This document shows, piece after piece, positions 26,821 to 36,209 of a DNA stretch of 64,000 bases (position 1 is its first letter; the number at the start of each line of letters is the position of its first letter). Made by a program: the position numbers and the translations under genes. The stretch lies in the IMG/VR virus record IMGVR_UViG_3300038426_000029, positions 1 through 64,000 of that record; one strand, given 5' to 3'. The notes under the pieces were generated by a model. It ran no database searches and was not told the DNA's origin. It saw nothing but the letters and a program-made list of their open reading frames with translations. Origin of the DNA: a virus. Taxonomy: Duplodnaviria > Caudoviricetes.

Positions 26821-27908
26821 ACTACATTCATCCTTAAAAGTTCATTAATAATTCTTTTTGAAGCATCACGAATTATCAAACCTGAGAATTTCTGAAATAC
26901 ACTTTTTTGTGCTATATGAATACCATCTATGATCTTTTGTGGATCGGAACCAACAAGACGATTTGCACCCGCTTTTATTGTCCATTCCCATTCAGTATTC
27001 TCTCTCAAAGTTACACATGGAGTACCTAACCAAAATGCTTCCTTCTGCAAACCACCAGAATCTGTGATCACCACACTAGCATCTTGAACGAGACTTAACA
27101 TTTCAAAGTATGGTAATGGGTCTACTATATTAATGTTTTGTAAATTAATACCCAAAAGTTCCAAATTTTTCCTAGTGTGTGGGTGACAGGGGAAAATAAC
27201 ATTCATATGTGATTCTATGATGGAATTAATTATTGATTTTAATTTATCTAAATCATCAACATTAGATTCTCTATGCAGAGTTAAAACACAATACGTTTTT
27301 TCAACAAGACCAAAAAACATTCTTGCTGTTCTTGCTTGATCAATATCTAATTTATGTTGAATTATACTTTCATACATAGTATCACCTGCAAGTTCTATTT
27401 TATCACTTGATATTCCTTCATTTAAGAGATTGGTGATACAATCTGTTGAAACAGCACATAACATAGATGATATATGATCTACAATACGTCTATTAACTTC
27501 TTCGGGCATAGTCATATCTCCACTTCTAGCACCCGACTCAACATGAACAACGGGAATAGACATCTTTACTGCTGATAAAGCACCTGCTAATGTCGAGTTT
27601 GTATCACCCGGAACAAGAACAATATCGGGTTTCAAACTATTATATGCATCTTCCAAACCACACATCATTTTCGTTATTTGCTGTACAGGTGAACACGAAC
27701 CAACACCCAAGTTTACAACAGGATCAGGAAGGGATAATTCGTTGAAAAATTCCTTTGACATTTCATAATCGTAGTGTTGTCCAGTATGTACTATAAACAT
27801 CTCAATTTCTTTATGCTTTCCAGCTTCGTTTATTATGGGTGCAGACTTGATTATCTGTGGTCTGGTTCCTATGACCAGAGCAATTTTTAATTTTTTCATT
27901 TCAACCAT
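26817..27908 (-). CDS. wecB: Non-hydrolysing UDP-GlcNAc 2-epimerase (WecB/WbpI family)
   Basis: GTRPQIIK, HTGQHYD, PGDTNST, HVESG.RS, PEEVNR, TDSGGLQKEA, LRENTEW. Confidence 0.95.
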   Translation of the reverse strand: MVEMKKLKIALVIGTRPQIIKSAPIINEAGKHKEIEMFIVHTGQHYDYEMSKEFFNELSLPDPVVNLGVGSCSPVQQITKMMCGLEDAYNSLKPDIVLVPGDTNSTLAGALSAVKMSIPVVHVESGARSGDMTMPEEVNRRIVDHISSMLCAVSTDCITNLLNEGISSDKIELAGDTMYESIIQHKLDIDQARTARMFFGLVEKTYCVLTLHRESNVDDLDKLKSIINSIIESHMNVIFPCHPHTRKNLELLGINLQNINIVDPLPYFEMLSLVQDASVVITDSGGLQKEAFWLGTPCVTLRENTEWEWTIKAGANRLVGSDPQKIIDGIHIAQKSVFQKFSGLIIRDASKRIINELLRMNVV

Positions 27909-28894
27909 TTCTTTCCATATCCAAATTCTGGTTTATTCTTGTTTTTAATTAAAATCCATAGCTGTTTATACTCTCCAATACTCTCCAAAAACTGGAATAC
28001 TAACAAATTTAGGCTCAATTTTCCGTGAGATACAATTACACCATAGCACAATCCAAATATGGACAATGCCAAGGTTAATCCAAATAAGGTTGCTGACGGA
28101 ATAGAACCTATGGCTAAACTAAGCAGAATCATAATAATTGAAAATAAAAAGCCAGTTCTTAATAATACACCAAAAAAGTGATGTTTACATAACAAACAAT
28201 AACGCCAACCATATTTATAAAAAAACCTGAAAAAAGTACCTGTTTTTAGGGCTTTGGTTATATTTCTCATTCCATATATACCAAAATGGTATCCTTCCGA
28301 GCCACAATCAGCACCTATTTTTCCTGCCTGTGATAAACGTATAACTAAATCAAAGTCTTGACCACGTGTAAATAATGGATCAAAACCACCAACTTCAATA
28401 GCATCCTTTCTCCTAAATGCAATTATTCCAGATAGTGGATCAGCACCATTTGTGTATTTCAGTTCTGTCGAAGCTGGAATTTTCTCTGGATCAACCTCAG
28501 ATATTTTACTTGGATTCTCTGGTGTGCCCGAATTACATAAATAAGACAAATTTTCATTACTGACAAAAAAGCCCATCATTCTTTCTACCCAATGTTTTGA
28601 CTTGATTCCATCTGAACTTGCCCAGAGAATTATATCCCCCTTAGCTTTTGATAGTGATAGACTCATAGCATAACCTGTACCTATGCCCTCTCTATCATAG
28701 CACAGTCTAACAGGCACACTACATTTTTTCTGAAAGTCTAATATTAATTCCTCTGTTTTATCTTCACTTTTACCTATGCAAACCACATATTCATCTGGTT
28801 GAACTACCTGTTCTAACAACATCTTTAATGAATATGGTAGACACCACTCTGCATTACGGGTCGGAAGAACAACAGAGGACATCATTTTTTTCAC
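27896..28894 (-). CDS. Family 2 glycosyltransferase with C-terminal TM helices
   Basis: SVVLPTRN, GGFDP...GQDFDL; DxD degenerate (SSD). Confidence 0.75.
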   Translation of the reverse strand: MKKMMSSVVLPTRNAEWCLPYSLKMLLEQVVQPDEYVVCIGKSEDKTEELILDFQKKCSVPVRLCYDREGIGTGYAMSLSLSKAKGDIILWASSDGIKSKHWVERMMGFFVSNENLSYLCNSGTPENPSKISEVDPEKIPASTELKYTNGADPLSGIIAFRRKDAIEVGGFDPLFTRGQDFDLVIRLSQAGKIGADCGSEGYHFGIYGMRNITKALKTGTFFRFFYKYGWRYCLLCKHHFFGVLLRTGFLFSIIMILLSLAIGSIPSATLFGLTLALSIFGLCYGVIVSHGKLSLNLLVFQFLESIGEYKQLWILIKNKNKPEFGYGKKWLK

Positions 28895-29556
28895 TTCTTA
28901 TATATTAATAATGGGTCTTTCTTGTCCAGATGCACCAATAAACGGTGTGTACCTAATAATAGAGCAAAATCCAATTTCAATTTTAGTAATATTCCTGCTG
29001 TGAGAGATTCTACAAATAGCTTTCGCTTGGACATTGAGATAAAAACCGTATCTGGTACAAGACTGATCAAGTCTTTCTCAGTGAAATGATATGGGTGTAT
29101 CTGATCAAACTCATTCATTATTGGTTTGACAATGGGTGAGAAAATATTTGAAAAAATATAAATTCTATTTGTGGAAACACGAATCATTTCATTTAGTGCT
29201 TTTTGCGGATGTTCGGTGTGGTCTAACATATTCATGGCATAACAATCTCTAAAATGGTTATCCTCAAAAGGTAGGTTTTCAGCATTTGCTTGAATAAAAT
29301 TCTTTCCATATTGGCTAAAATCTAGTGAATCTGTCCCAATTATTTTATCCGAAAATCTCCAAAAGCCATCAGAACCACACCCAACTTCTATATTTAAGCC
29401 ATCAAAATCTTTCAACTCAATTAGGTCTGCCCAAAACTTGAAACTATATGGAACCCCCCATTTCTGTGGTTTATTTTCCTCATTATATTTTCTTTCTAAC
29501 TCTTGTGAATGTTCCCATTTGTTTTTTATTACTCTTTCTATCAAATCTGTATTCAT
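28891..29556 (-). CDS. Class I SAM methyltransferase (Methyltransf_11)
   Basis: IEVGCG, AENLPFEDNHF, LDHTEHP..ALNEMIRV. Confidence 0.85.
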   Translation of the reverse strand: MNTDLIERVIKNKWEHSQELERKYNEENKPQKWGVPYSFKFWADLIELKDFDGLNIEVGCGSDGFWRFSDKIIGTDSLDFSQYGKNFIQANAENLPFEDNHFRDCYAMNMLDHTEHPQKALNEMIRVSTNRIYIFSNIFSPIVKPIMNEFDQIHPYHFTEKDLISLVPDTVFISMSKRKLFVESLTAGILLKLKLDFALLLGTHRLLVHLDKKDPLLIYKK

Positions 29557-29582
29557 ATCATTCTCTCCTTATTTTCACCATA

Positions 29583-31154
29583 CTATCCATCTATACTTGT
29601 TCCTATCCATTTATAAATCTTTATGTTTTTATACTCTTCAACTAATTTCCAATCAGGTAAGTCTTTCCAAATATCTGGAATTGGTTGATTGATTTGAACT
29701 GTTCTATACTTGGTTTTGAAGAAAAAGAAAGCAGATTTCTCCATTCTAGGACTCAGAATGATATATTTAAAAAATGGTGGTATTATCTCTACGGTTGTGG
29801 TTTCATTTGCATTTATTGTTGTTTTTGTCGTAGATACAGTTAAGTTCAAATTTACTTCAATTCTTTGATTTTCTATAGTATAAAAACTATCCTGTAGCAA
29901 CGGTAATCTGAGGTCTGAAGAGTAAAATATAAGTGAATTTTTCATTGGTACATCTGTCCACCATTCGGTAAAATTATATGTATTGTGTATAATTGAACTG
30001 TGTCCTAAGAATTCATATTCATCCGATGTCATTGCATTATTAATATATAACATAGTATTAGCACCATTTATAGATGTTAATATCATAGTTGTAATAATAA
30101 TTAATATAAAAATAATAGACAATATTGTTTTAAATTTGCTAATTAGTAAAGAAGTAAAGAATGATAATGGTAAAATAAAATAAAAAATTACTCTTGTTGG
30201 TGCAATTAGATATGGTGAATAGAATAACCAACTAACGACAAATAATAAAATACAACCAAATAAATATTCAAACATAATATTTATCTTTGGTTTATATAAC
30301 AATATTGATATTAATGATAATATAACCATAACAACACTACCAAAGAAAATAGACACACCAAGTAATAAATCAGATATGGAGTATAAAAATATATTAGATA
30401 ATTTGAATTGTGATGACATTGAACTAGGTAGAATAAAATATGTCATTACTTGATGTGGATTTAATGATGAAATCAAAAATAAAACAACCAGACATAACAC
30501 AACGGCTACATAAACTTTGTGTCTATAGTTTCCATTTAAGAAAATATCTAACAATACCAAGCCTATAATAAAAACTGCTGGTAATATGTGTGTATACATT
30601 GATATTACTATAAACACTAAGAAACCACAAAAGAATTTTATTTTGCTGTTTCTTTGTTCTTTATCTTTTGTATTTAAATACATATAAAGAGCAAGCATTG
30701 CAAAAAAGAAACCTAACGATTCTGTACTATTGAATATGCTCGATCTATATATCATATTTTCACTAAATGTCCATAGTGTTGTTGCTACAAGTGCTACTTT
30801 CTGGGTTGATATTTTTCTTAGTATATAATAAATAGGAATTATTGTCAATCCACCGATGATTGGGTTTACATATTGGCATAAAATTGTTGGATCAATGTGT
30901 GTTATTAAGTAGATAAAATATACTAAGTATTGTTCTAAAACAGGTTGATAACCAAGGCGAAAGGTTGTACCTGTTTTTATTAAGTCAAGAATTGTGTATA
31001 CATATCCTTCCTCTTCAATAATCCAACGTGGTATGAGATAAAGATGCGGATATGATCTGTAAAAAATACCTGCAATAGATAATATAAATAGCCATATGCT
31101 AGTTTTGCTGATTTTAGCCTTAGTCTCTTCTAAAAAACAAAACATTTTGTTCAT
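29583..31154 (-). CDS. Multi-pass membrane protein, putative GT-C (PMT/OST-like) glycosyltransferase
   Basis: About 11-12 TM helices, acidic EEEG after TM1, soluble C-terminal domain ending in WKLV.E..N.KIY. Confidence 0.55.
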   Translation of the reverse strand: MNKMFCFLEETKAKISKTSIWLFILSIAGIFYRSYPHLYLIPRWIIEEEGYVYTILDLIKTGTTFRLGYQPVLEQYLVYFIYLITHIDPTILCQYVNPIIGGLTIIPIYYILRKISTQKVALVATTLWTFSENMIYRSSIFNSTESLGFFFAMLALYMYLNTKDKEQRNSKIKFFCGFLVFIVISMYTHILPAVFIIGLVLLDIFLNGNYRHKVYVAVVLCLVVLFLISSLNPHQVMTYFILPSSMSSQFKLSNIFLYSISDLLLGVSIFFGSVVMVILSLISILLYKPKINIMFEYLFGCILLFVVSWLFYSPYLIAPTRVIFYFILPLSFFTSLLISKFKTILSIIFILIIITTMILTSINGANTMLYINNAMTSDEYEFLGHSSIIHNTYNFTEWWTDVPMKNSLIFYSSDLRLPLLQDSFYTIENQRIEVNLNLTVSTTKTTINANETTTVEIIPPFFKYIILSPRMEKSAFFFFKTKYRTVQINQPIPDIWKDLPDWKLVEEYKNIKIYKWIGTSIDG

Positions 31155-31764
31155 TTAAATATGTTCCTCTTCTGTCAATGATTGTAAACCCATTTCTTGT
31201 AACATTGTCTATGAAATAACTCATAGGGAATGAATATTCATGTACACCCTGCTGACTAAAGTGTTCCCAACCCCAATTAAGTAGACCACCAAAGAAAGAA
31301 AAATGGTTTGGTTGAACTATCATTAACCACTTATCTGAGATTCGGCAACCTTCTTTTATGAACGGTAGTGGGTCTTTAAAATGTTCCCACAAACCCTCAG
31401 AAAACATAAAATCAAACTTTCTATCTGGATAGCCTGTATTGGAACCATCTTTTCTGAAAACATCTACATTTTCTGTTAATCCATGTAGTTCTGATTTTCT
31501 CATTGCATGTGATGATATGTCTATTCCGATTGAGTTTTTAAAACCTATATCTCGCAAGAGTAGTAATGTTTCCCCACTTCCACAACCTACATCAATTGCT
31601 GATAGTTCTTTAGATATTGATTTTAACATTTTTCTTATTATTCCCATTCTCTGGACACGAAGGAATTTACCAATAATGGAACTGTGTTCATGTATATCGG
31701 CTGATTTTATCCATTCCTCTTCCCATAACCTTGCAACATCTTCAATAGACATACCAACCATCAC
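31120..31764 (-). CDS. Class I SAM methyltransferase (Methyltransf_11)
   Basis: IDVGCGSG, IGIDIS, FDFMFSEGLWEHF. Confidence 0.88.
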   Translation of the reverse strand: MMVGMSIEDVARLWEEEWIKSADIHEHSSIIGKFLRVQRMGIIRKMLKSISKELSAIDVGCGSGETLLLLRDIGFKNSIGIDISSHAMRKSELHGLTENVDVFRKDGSNTGYPDRKFDFMFSEGLWEHFKDPLPFIKEGCRISDKWLMIVQPNHFSFFGGLLNWGWEHFSQQGVHEYSFPMSYFIDNVTRNGFTIIDRRGTYLNEQNVLFFRRD

Positions 31765-32477
31765 CTTACACTATCAACGATGGAATATAGTGGTGCTTTG
31801 ACTTTCTTCACTACTCCAAGCCTAAAATAATAAATATTACTGTTTTTACCAGACGAAAATTCCTTAAATGCTGGTGTGTGTAATACATCATCTGAAAGCA
31901 ATATACCACCAGATTTCAGATATTTCCAAGCGGTATTGTATTCAAATGACATAACTTCGTAACTATGTTCACTATCATGTAAGAACATATCTATTGAACC
32001 TAGTCTATCCAACAGAGGAACCAAAACATCACTGCTAAGACCACGCACTATTTCCCATCTATCCTTTAGTTCATCTGGAACAAACCAACCAATTTTCTTA
32101 CCTGTTTCACTTGAGTTACGATCACCTGCCAATCTACCTATACCTAAACAAAACTCATCTGGGTCAATAGAGTATAATTTTCCCATGTTATTATCGTGAA
32201 GTGCCCTTAATATAAAATAAGAGGAAAAGCCGCTATTAATACCCGTTTCAACAACTATTTCTGGTTTATATTCTCTGACTAGAGCATATATATACTCACA
32301 ACAATCATACCAAACAGGTCCACAATCTCCTAACATATATCTATAATTAAAATCACTAACAACACACTTGAATTTAGACGTTAATCTGTATGTTCTGGGT
32401 TTGGTGACAATATAAGATGCAAGAACAAGTGGATTTGATAATAGATACTTTGTTTTTATTTTATTCATTGTATTCAC
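31761..32477 (-). CDS. Methyltransf_24-like SAM methyltransferase
   Basis: KPEIVVETG, SID, IDMFLHDSEHSY, LKSGGILLSDD. Confidence 0.85.
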   Translation of the reverse strand: MNTMNKIKTKYLLSNPLVLASYIVTKPRTYRLTSKFKCVVSDFNYRYMLGDCGPVWYDCCEYIYALVREYKPEIVVETGINSGFSSYFILRALHDNNMGKLYSIDPDEFCLGIGRLAGDRNSSETGKKIGWFVPDELKDRWEIVRGLSSDVLVPLLDRLGSIDMFLHDSEHSYEVMSFEYNTAWKYLKSGGILLSDDVLHTPAFKEFSSGKNSNIYYFRLGVVKKVKAPLYSIVDSVR

Positions 32478-32489
32478 CTTTTCTTGTTT

Positions 32490-33260
32490 TTAAAGAGTTG
32501 AAAAACATTTTTGTATTGCACCCTCATAATCACTATCCATCTTGTTTTCTTTATGATATAAGATACTACATATTTCACATATCTTTGAATCTTCCATATT
32601 CCACCATTCAGATTTAAGCAACATATCTATGGTCTTTTGTGAAAACCTATATTTAATAACCTTCGCTGGAACACCAACAACAACCGCATATGGTGGAACA
32701 TCCTTGGTGACAACAGCACCAGCACCGATAACAGCACCTGTGGATATATTTACAGGTGGCAGAATTATCACATTTGAACCTATCCAAACATCATTTCCAA
32801 TTGTAATTAGATTACTTTCTTGGAGATATTCTTCAGCTAACTCTTTTTCAATAAAACCATATTTACGTTCGGTTGTTATTGGGTGTGTAGTAAATCTGTG
32901 GATTGGATGATCATATCCAGCAAGAACCAAATTACGTGCTATTGCACAGAAATTTCCTATGCTTTTAAGTGTATGATATTCAGAATTAAGTAACTGTATA
33001 ACACCATATGTATATCTGCCTATTTCTATGTTAAAATACTTCTTATAAAAATATATCACTAATCTTTGATCTTTATATTTTCTATTCAAAAACCCCAGAA
33101 TGGATACAATAAATACTGGTGGAATTGACTTTTTATGTAATATATATAGAACACTTAGTATGTGTTTTTCTGTGGTTGTTATATCATTCAAATAAGAATC
33201 CCACCATACCTTTGGCATCGTTGAAAACATTAACCCACTCTCTTGGGTTTGTGGCAACAT
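32490..33260 (-). CDS. CatB/Vat-related hexapeptide O-acetyltransferase
   Basis: IGRYTYG, SIGNFCAIA, IGNDVWIG, GAVVTKDVPPYAVVVGVPAKVIKYRF. Confidence 0.9.
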   Translation of the reverse strand: MLPQTQESGLMFSTMPKVWWDSYLNDITTTEKHILSVLYILHKKSIPPVFIVSILGFLNRKYKDQRLVIYFYKKYFNIEIGRYTYGVIQLLNSEYHTLKSIGNFCAIARNLVLAGYDHPIHRFTTHPITTERKYGFIEKELAEEYLQESNLITIGNDVWIGSNVIILPPVNISTGAVIGAGAVVTKDVPPYAVVVGVPAKVIKYRFSQKTIDMLLKSEWWNMEDSKICEICSILYHKENKMDSDYEGAIQKCFSTL

Positions 33261-34539
33261 TCCACCAGAACTTTGGGTTTTTGATATAGAATTCGTTAAA
33301 ACAGTATTGCTCCCATTTCTTCATTTCCTCAAAGTTCATCATATACGTTCCCGGCATGTCTTGATGTGCCTTTCTAACATCAACTATAGTCGTGTTTGGA
33401 TACTCCTGCAATTGTGCCACATTAATACGGGTAGCACCGTTATCCTTTATCCATTTGACCATATATCTTATATCAGCTTTCGACATCCAAGGGAAGATCA
33501 TAAAACTAGAGGAAGTCCAGAGCTTGAGCTTGTTGACATCCTTGATAAATTGTGCTTCCTGTTTGACTGTAATATCCTTTTTCATCTCATCTAAATAGCT
33601 CTGAATTGGAACTTCATAGCCAACGTGCAAAGTCCGGCAACCAGCATCTTTCATCAGTCTCAGTGTATCATAATCCTTATCAGCACGTGAATAGCAACCC
33701 CAACACAATTTGAGTCCTTCACTGAGCATTGTAAGACTGATTTCCCTTGCCCTTGATCCAATAAGTGTTGAATCTTGAAAGAAAAGTTGTTTGATCTGTG
33801 GAAGTTCATTTTTGACATACCAAAGTTCTTCCATCACATTCTTGATGCTACGCTGTACATAACGCTTTGGATGTAAGAGATCACAACCATTTGTCCAACT
33901 ACAAAACGCACAACGGTGAGGGCAACTTAAAGCTGAAAATAAATCAATAAACGGATACCTGAAACTTGTCTGATGATAATCAAAAAAGTCTAAGTGTTCA
34001 GCATAAACCTTTGTAACGAAAGGCATCCAATCAAATTCTTCCTGTGTATACGGTTCAGCCTGTGGATTGAAGAGAATATCTTTACCTTCTCTATATTTTA
34101 GACCTTGTATTAATCTCTTTGGCTCATCTGTATAAAGGTCTTGTAACGTGTATTCAAAATTTCCGAAAGTCATTTCATTAACGTTTGGGCATTTATCTAG
34201 AGCATCGGGCATATGAGCAGACCAAGGACCAACGAGAGTTACATGGTAATCCTTACCCAATTCATTAGCGAATGAAAGATCGGATTCTGCCGTATCATAT
34301 GCCCAGAAATAGGCTATGGCTTCTGGTTTCAGACTATTAACAAGAAACTTAACGTCTAAACACGAATCTTTTTTCACAGAAGCATCATATAAATAACATT
34401 CATGTCCAAATTTCTCTAGTGTTCCAGTAGCATACGCAAGATGGATAGGATACCATGATTGTGTACTAATCTTTGATTTACGAACTAGCCTTCCCGTTCT
34501 TATTGCTTCTCCCGGTGGGTTCAATAAAAGAACTTTCAA
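33184..34539 (-). CDS. Cobalamin-binding radical SAM protein (class B / HpnJ-like)
   Basis: KVLLLNPP B12-binding N-terminus, YPIHLAY, CPHRCAFC (CxxxCxxC), AGC...VGYE. Confidence 0.9.
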   Translation of the reverse strand: MKVLLLNPPGEAIRTGRLVRKSKISTQSWYPIHLAYATGTLEKFGHECYLYDASVKKDSCLDVKFLVNSLKPEAIAYFWAYDTAESDLSFANELGKDYHVTLVGPWSAHMPDALDKCPNVNEMTFGNFEYTLQDLYTDEPKRLIQGLKYREGKDILFNPQAEPYTQEEFDWMPFVTKVYAEHLDFFDYHQTSFRYPFIDLFSALSCPHRCAFCSWTNGCDLLHPKRYVQRSIKNVMEELWYVKNELPQIKQLFFQDSTLIGSRAREISLTMLSEGLKLCWGCYSRADKDYDTLRLMKDAGCRTLHVGYEVPIQSYLDEMKKDITVKQEAQFIKDVNKLKLWTSSSFMIFPWMSKADIRYMVKWIKDNGATRINVAQLQEYPNTTIVDVRKAHQDMPGTYMMNFEEMKKWEQYCFNEFYIKNPKFWWNVATNPREWVNVFNDAKGMVGFLFE

Positions 34540-34904
34540 TTTTTACCTTTCTCCTTTCCAAAGTGTATTTCCCAAAAAATCCAAATCCAAACACCACTAG
34601 TATATGCACCAAATCCTATAAGGACAAGAGATGTTAATCTTAACCAAGGCACAAAATATGTAATTGCAGAAATTGTTAAAAGCCCACAACCAATGACAAA
34701 TTCTTTGATTGTTGGTGGTTCAAGATTGTACTCATCATTACGAAATATAAAATAAATAAGGATAAAACCCAAACCACCTATTGTTAATAAAAACGTACCT
34801 AAATGTTTCTCTGGACTTATAAAATCTACAATTCCAGCAACCAATATGAGTATAGAAAACATATATAATGATACTGGATTTGGTGGATCACCTACGATAC
34901 TCAA
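34536..34904 (-). CDS. Four-TM membrane protein
   Basis: 122 aa, hydrophobic; coupled to neighbours. Confidence 0.6.
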   Translation of the reverse strand: MSIVGDPPNPVSLYMFSILILVAGIVDFISPEKHLGTFLLTIGGLGFILIYFIFRNDEYNLEPPTIKEFVIGCGLLTISAITYFVPWLRLTSLVLIGFGAYTSGVWIWIFWEIHFGKEKGKN

Positions 34905-35010
34905 TTAGTAAACCTTCCTATAGCCATGAGTATGATTATTACAATAATCAATATTAATGCTGAAAACCATGTAAAAAGTGGGTCGATTTTTCTATTTTCA
35001 AATACCATAT

Positions 35011-35964
35011 TTATAAACTCTCCCAAGCTGGGGGGATTTTTGCATCTGGTTCCACATAATACTTGAAAAGTTCATCCAACACAGTTGAGACATTCTTCTC
35101 TGGTTTCCAGCCGAAACGTTTGTATATTTTTTCAATATTTAGCGTAGATTCTAGCACATATCCATTTGGTGCAAACGGTGTCTTGGAATAATCAAGTTTA
35201 TAACCATATTTTGTGGCTGTCCTTGCAACAATTTCCGCTATTGTCGAACCACTTACCTCCATCCCCATCGAGACATTATATGTATTCTCAAACGGTTCAC
35301 AGGTCTGCATGTATATGGCAGATATTAATGCCCTACAAATATCATGTACGGATATTAAATCTCTATAGGCTTTTCCGTTGTTGAATAGTTCTATTGGAAT
35401 ACCATGCACAGCACAGTAAACAAGCCTATTAGGGAAGGTTCTGCCTCTTATTCCAATAACCGTTCCGAATCTATAGATCACATACTCTATACCAGACTTC
35501 CTAATTTCCTCTTCACAAACCCACTTTGAATAGCCATACGGACTTGAGATTTGAATGGGATGTATCTCTCTCATTCTCCTGCCTTGACCATATATATTAG
35601 CCGAAGAGGAAAATATAATTTTCTCTGGTCGAATTTTTGAAAGAACGTTATATGTTGCAACCGTGTTATTATAGAAGCAATTATCTGCCTCTGCTAACCA
35701 GCCCTGATCACCCTTGACTTTTGACCAAGGAGAACCTGCCAAATGAATAACAGCCCTTGGTTTCTCATTTATATATTTGAATTCTGGATCGGCTAAATCT
35801 TCCACAATATATTCAACATCATCGAACATTTTGTCAGGTGGTCTTTTGTCAATAGATATTATTTTAACATCATAGTATTTTTTATATTTCTCAACCAACA
35901 TATCCAAGAGGTTTGACCCGATAAATCCTGATCCACCCGTAACAATTAAAGTAAAGTCGGTCAT
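35011..35964 (-). CDS. NAD-dependent nucleotide-sugar epimerase/dehydratase
   Basis: IVTGGSGFIG, HLAG, SSSANIYG, SPYGYSK. Confidence 0.9.
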   Translation of the reverse strand: MTDFTLIVTGGSGFIGSNLLDMLVEKYKKYYDVKIISIDKRPPDKMFDDVEYIVEDLADPEFKYINEKPRAVIHLAGSPWSKVKGDQGWLAEADNCFYNNTVATYNVLSKIRPEKIIFSSSANIYGQGRRMREIHPIQISSPYGYSKWVCEEEIRKSGIEYVIYRFGTVIGIRGRTFPNRLVYCAVHGIPIELFNNGKAYRDLISVHDICRALISAIYMQTCEPFENTYNVSMGMEVSGSTIAEIVARTATKYGYKLDYSKTPFAPNGYVLESTLNIEKIYKRFGWKPEKNVSTVLDELFKYYVEPDAKIPPAWESL

Positions 35965-36209
35965 TTGATGTTTAATTCCTTAAAACCAATTTTTTCACAA
36001 AACTTAAATAAAATATAACCATACATAAAAATGAATGGTATTGAAATAAACCCGCAAACAATTTCAACAGCATCATTAGTTATAAGCATTGTATTAAATA
36101 ATTCTTGCGATCCAACAAACAATCCACCCAAAAAAGATACCGTTAATATAGCAAAGGCAGTAGAAACAGTTATAAATAAAATAAAATAAAAATCGTTAAT
36201 TTTGCTCAT
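35961..36209 (-). CDS. Small two-TM protein
   Basis: 82 aa; ATGA overlaps. Confidence 0.6.
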   Translation of the reverse strand: MSKINDFYFILFITVSTAFAILTVSFLGGLFVGSQELFNTMLITNDAVEIVCGFISIPFIFMYGYILFKFCEKIGFKELNIK

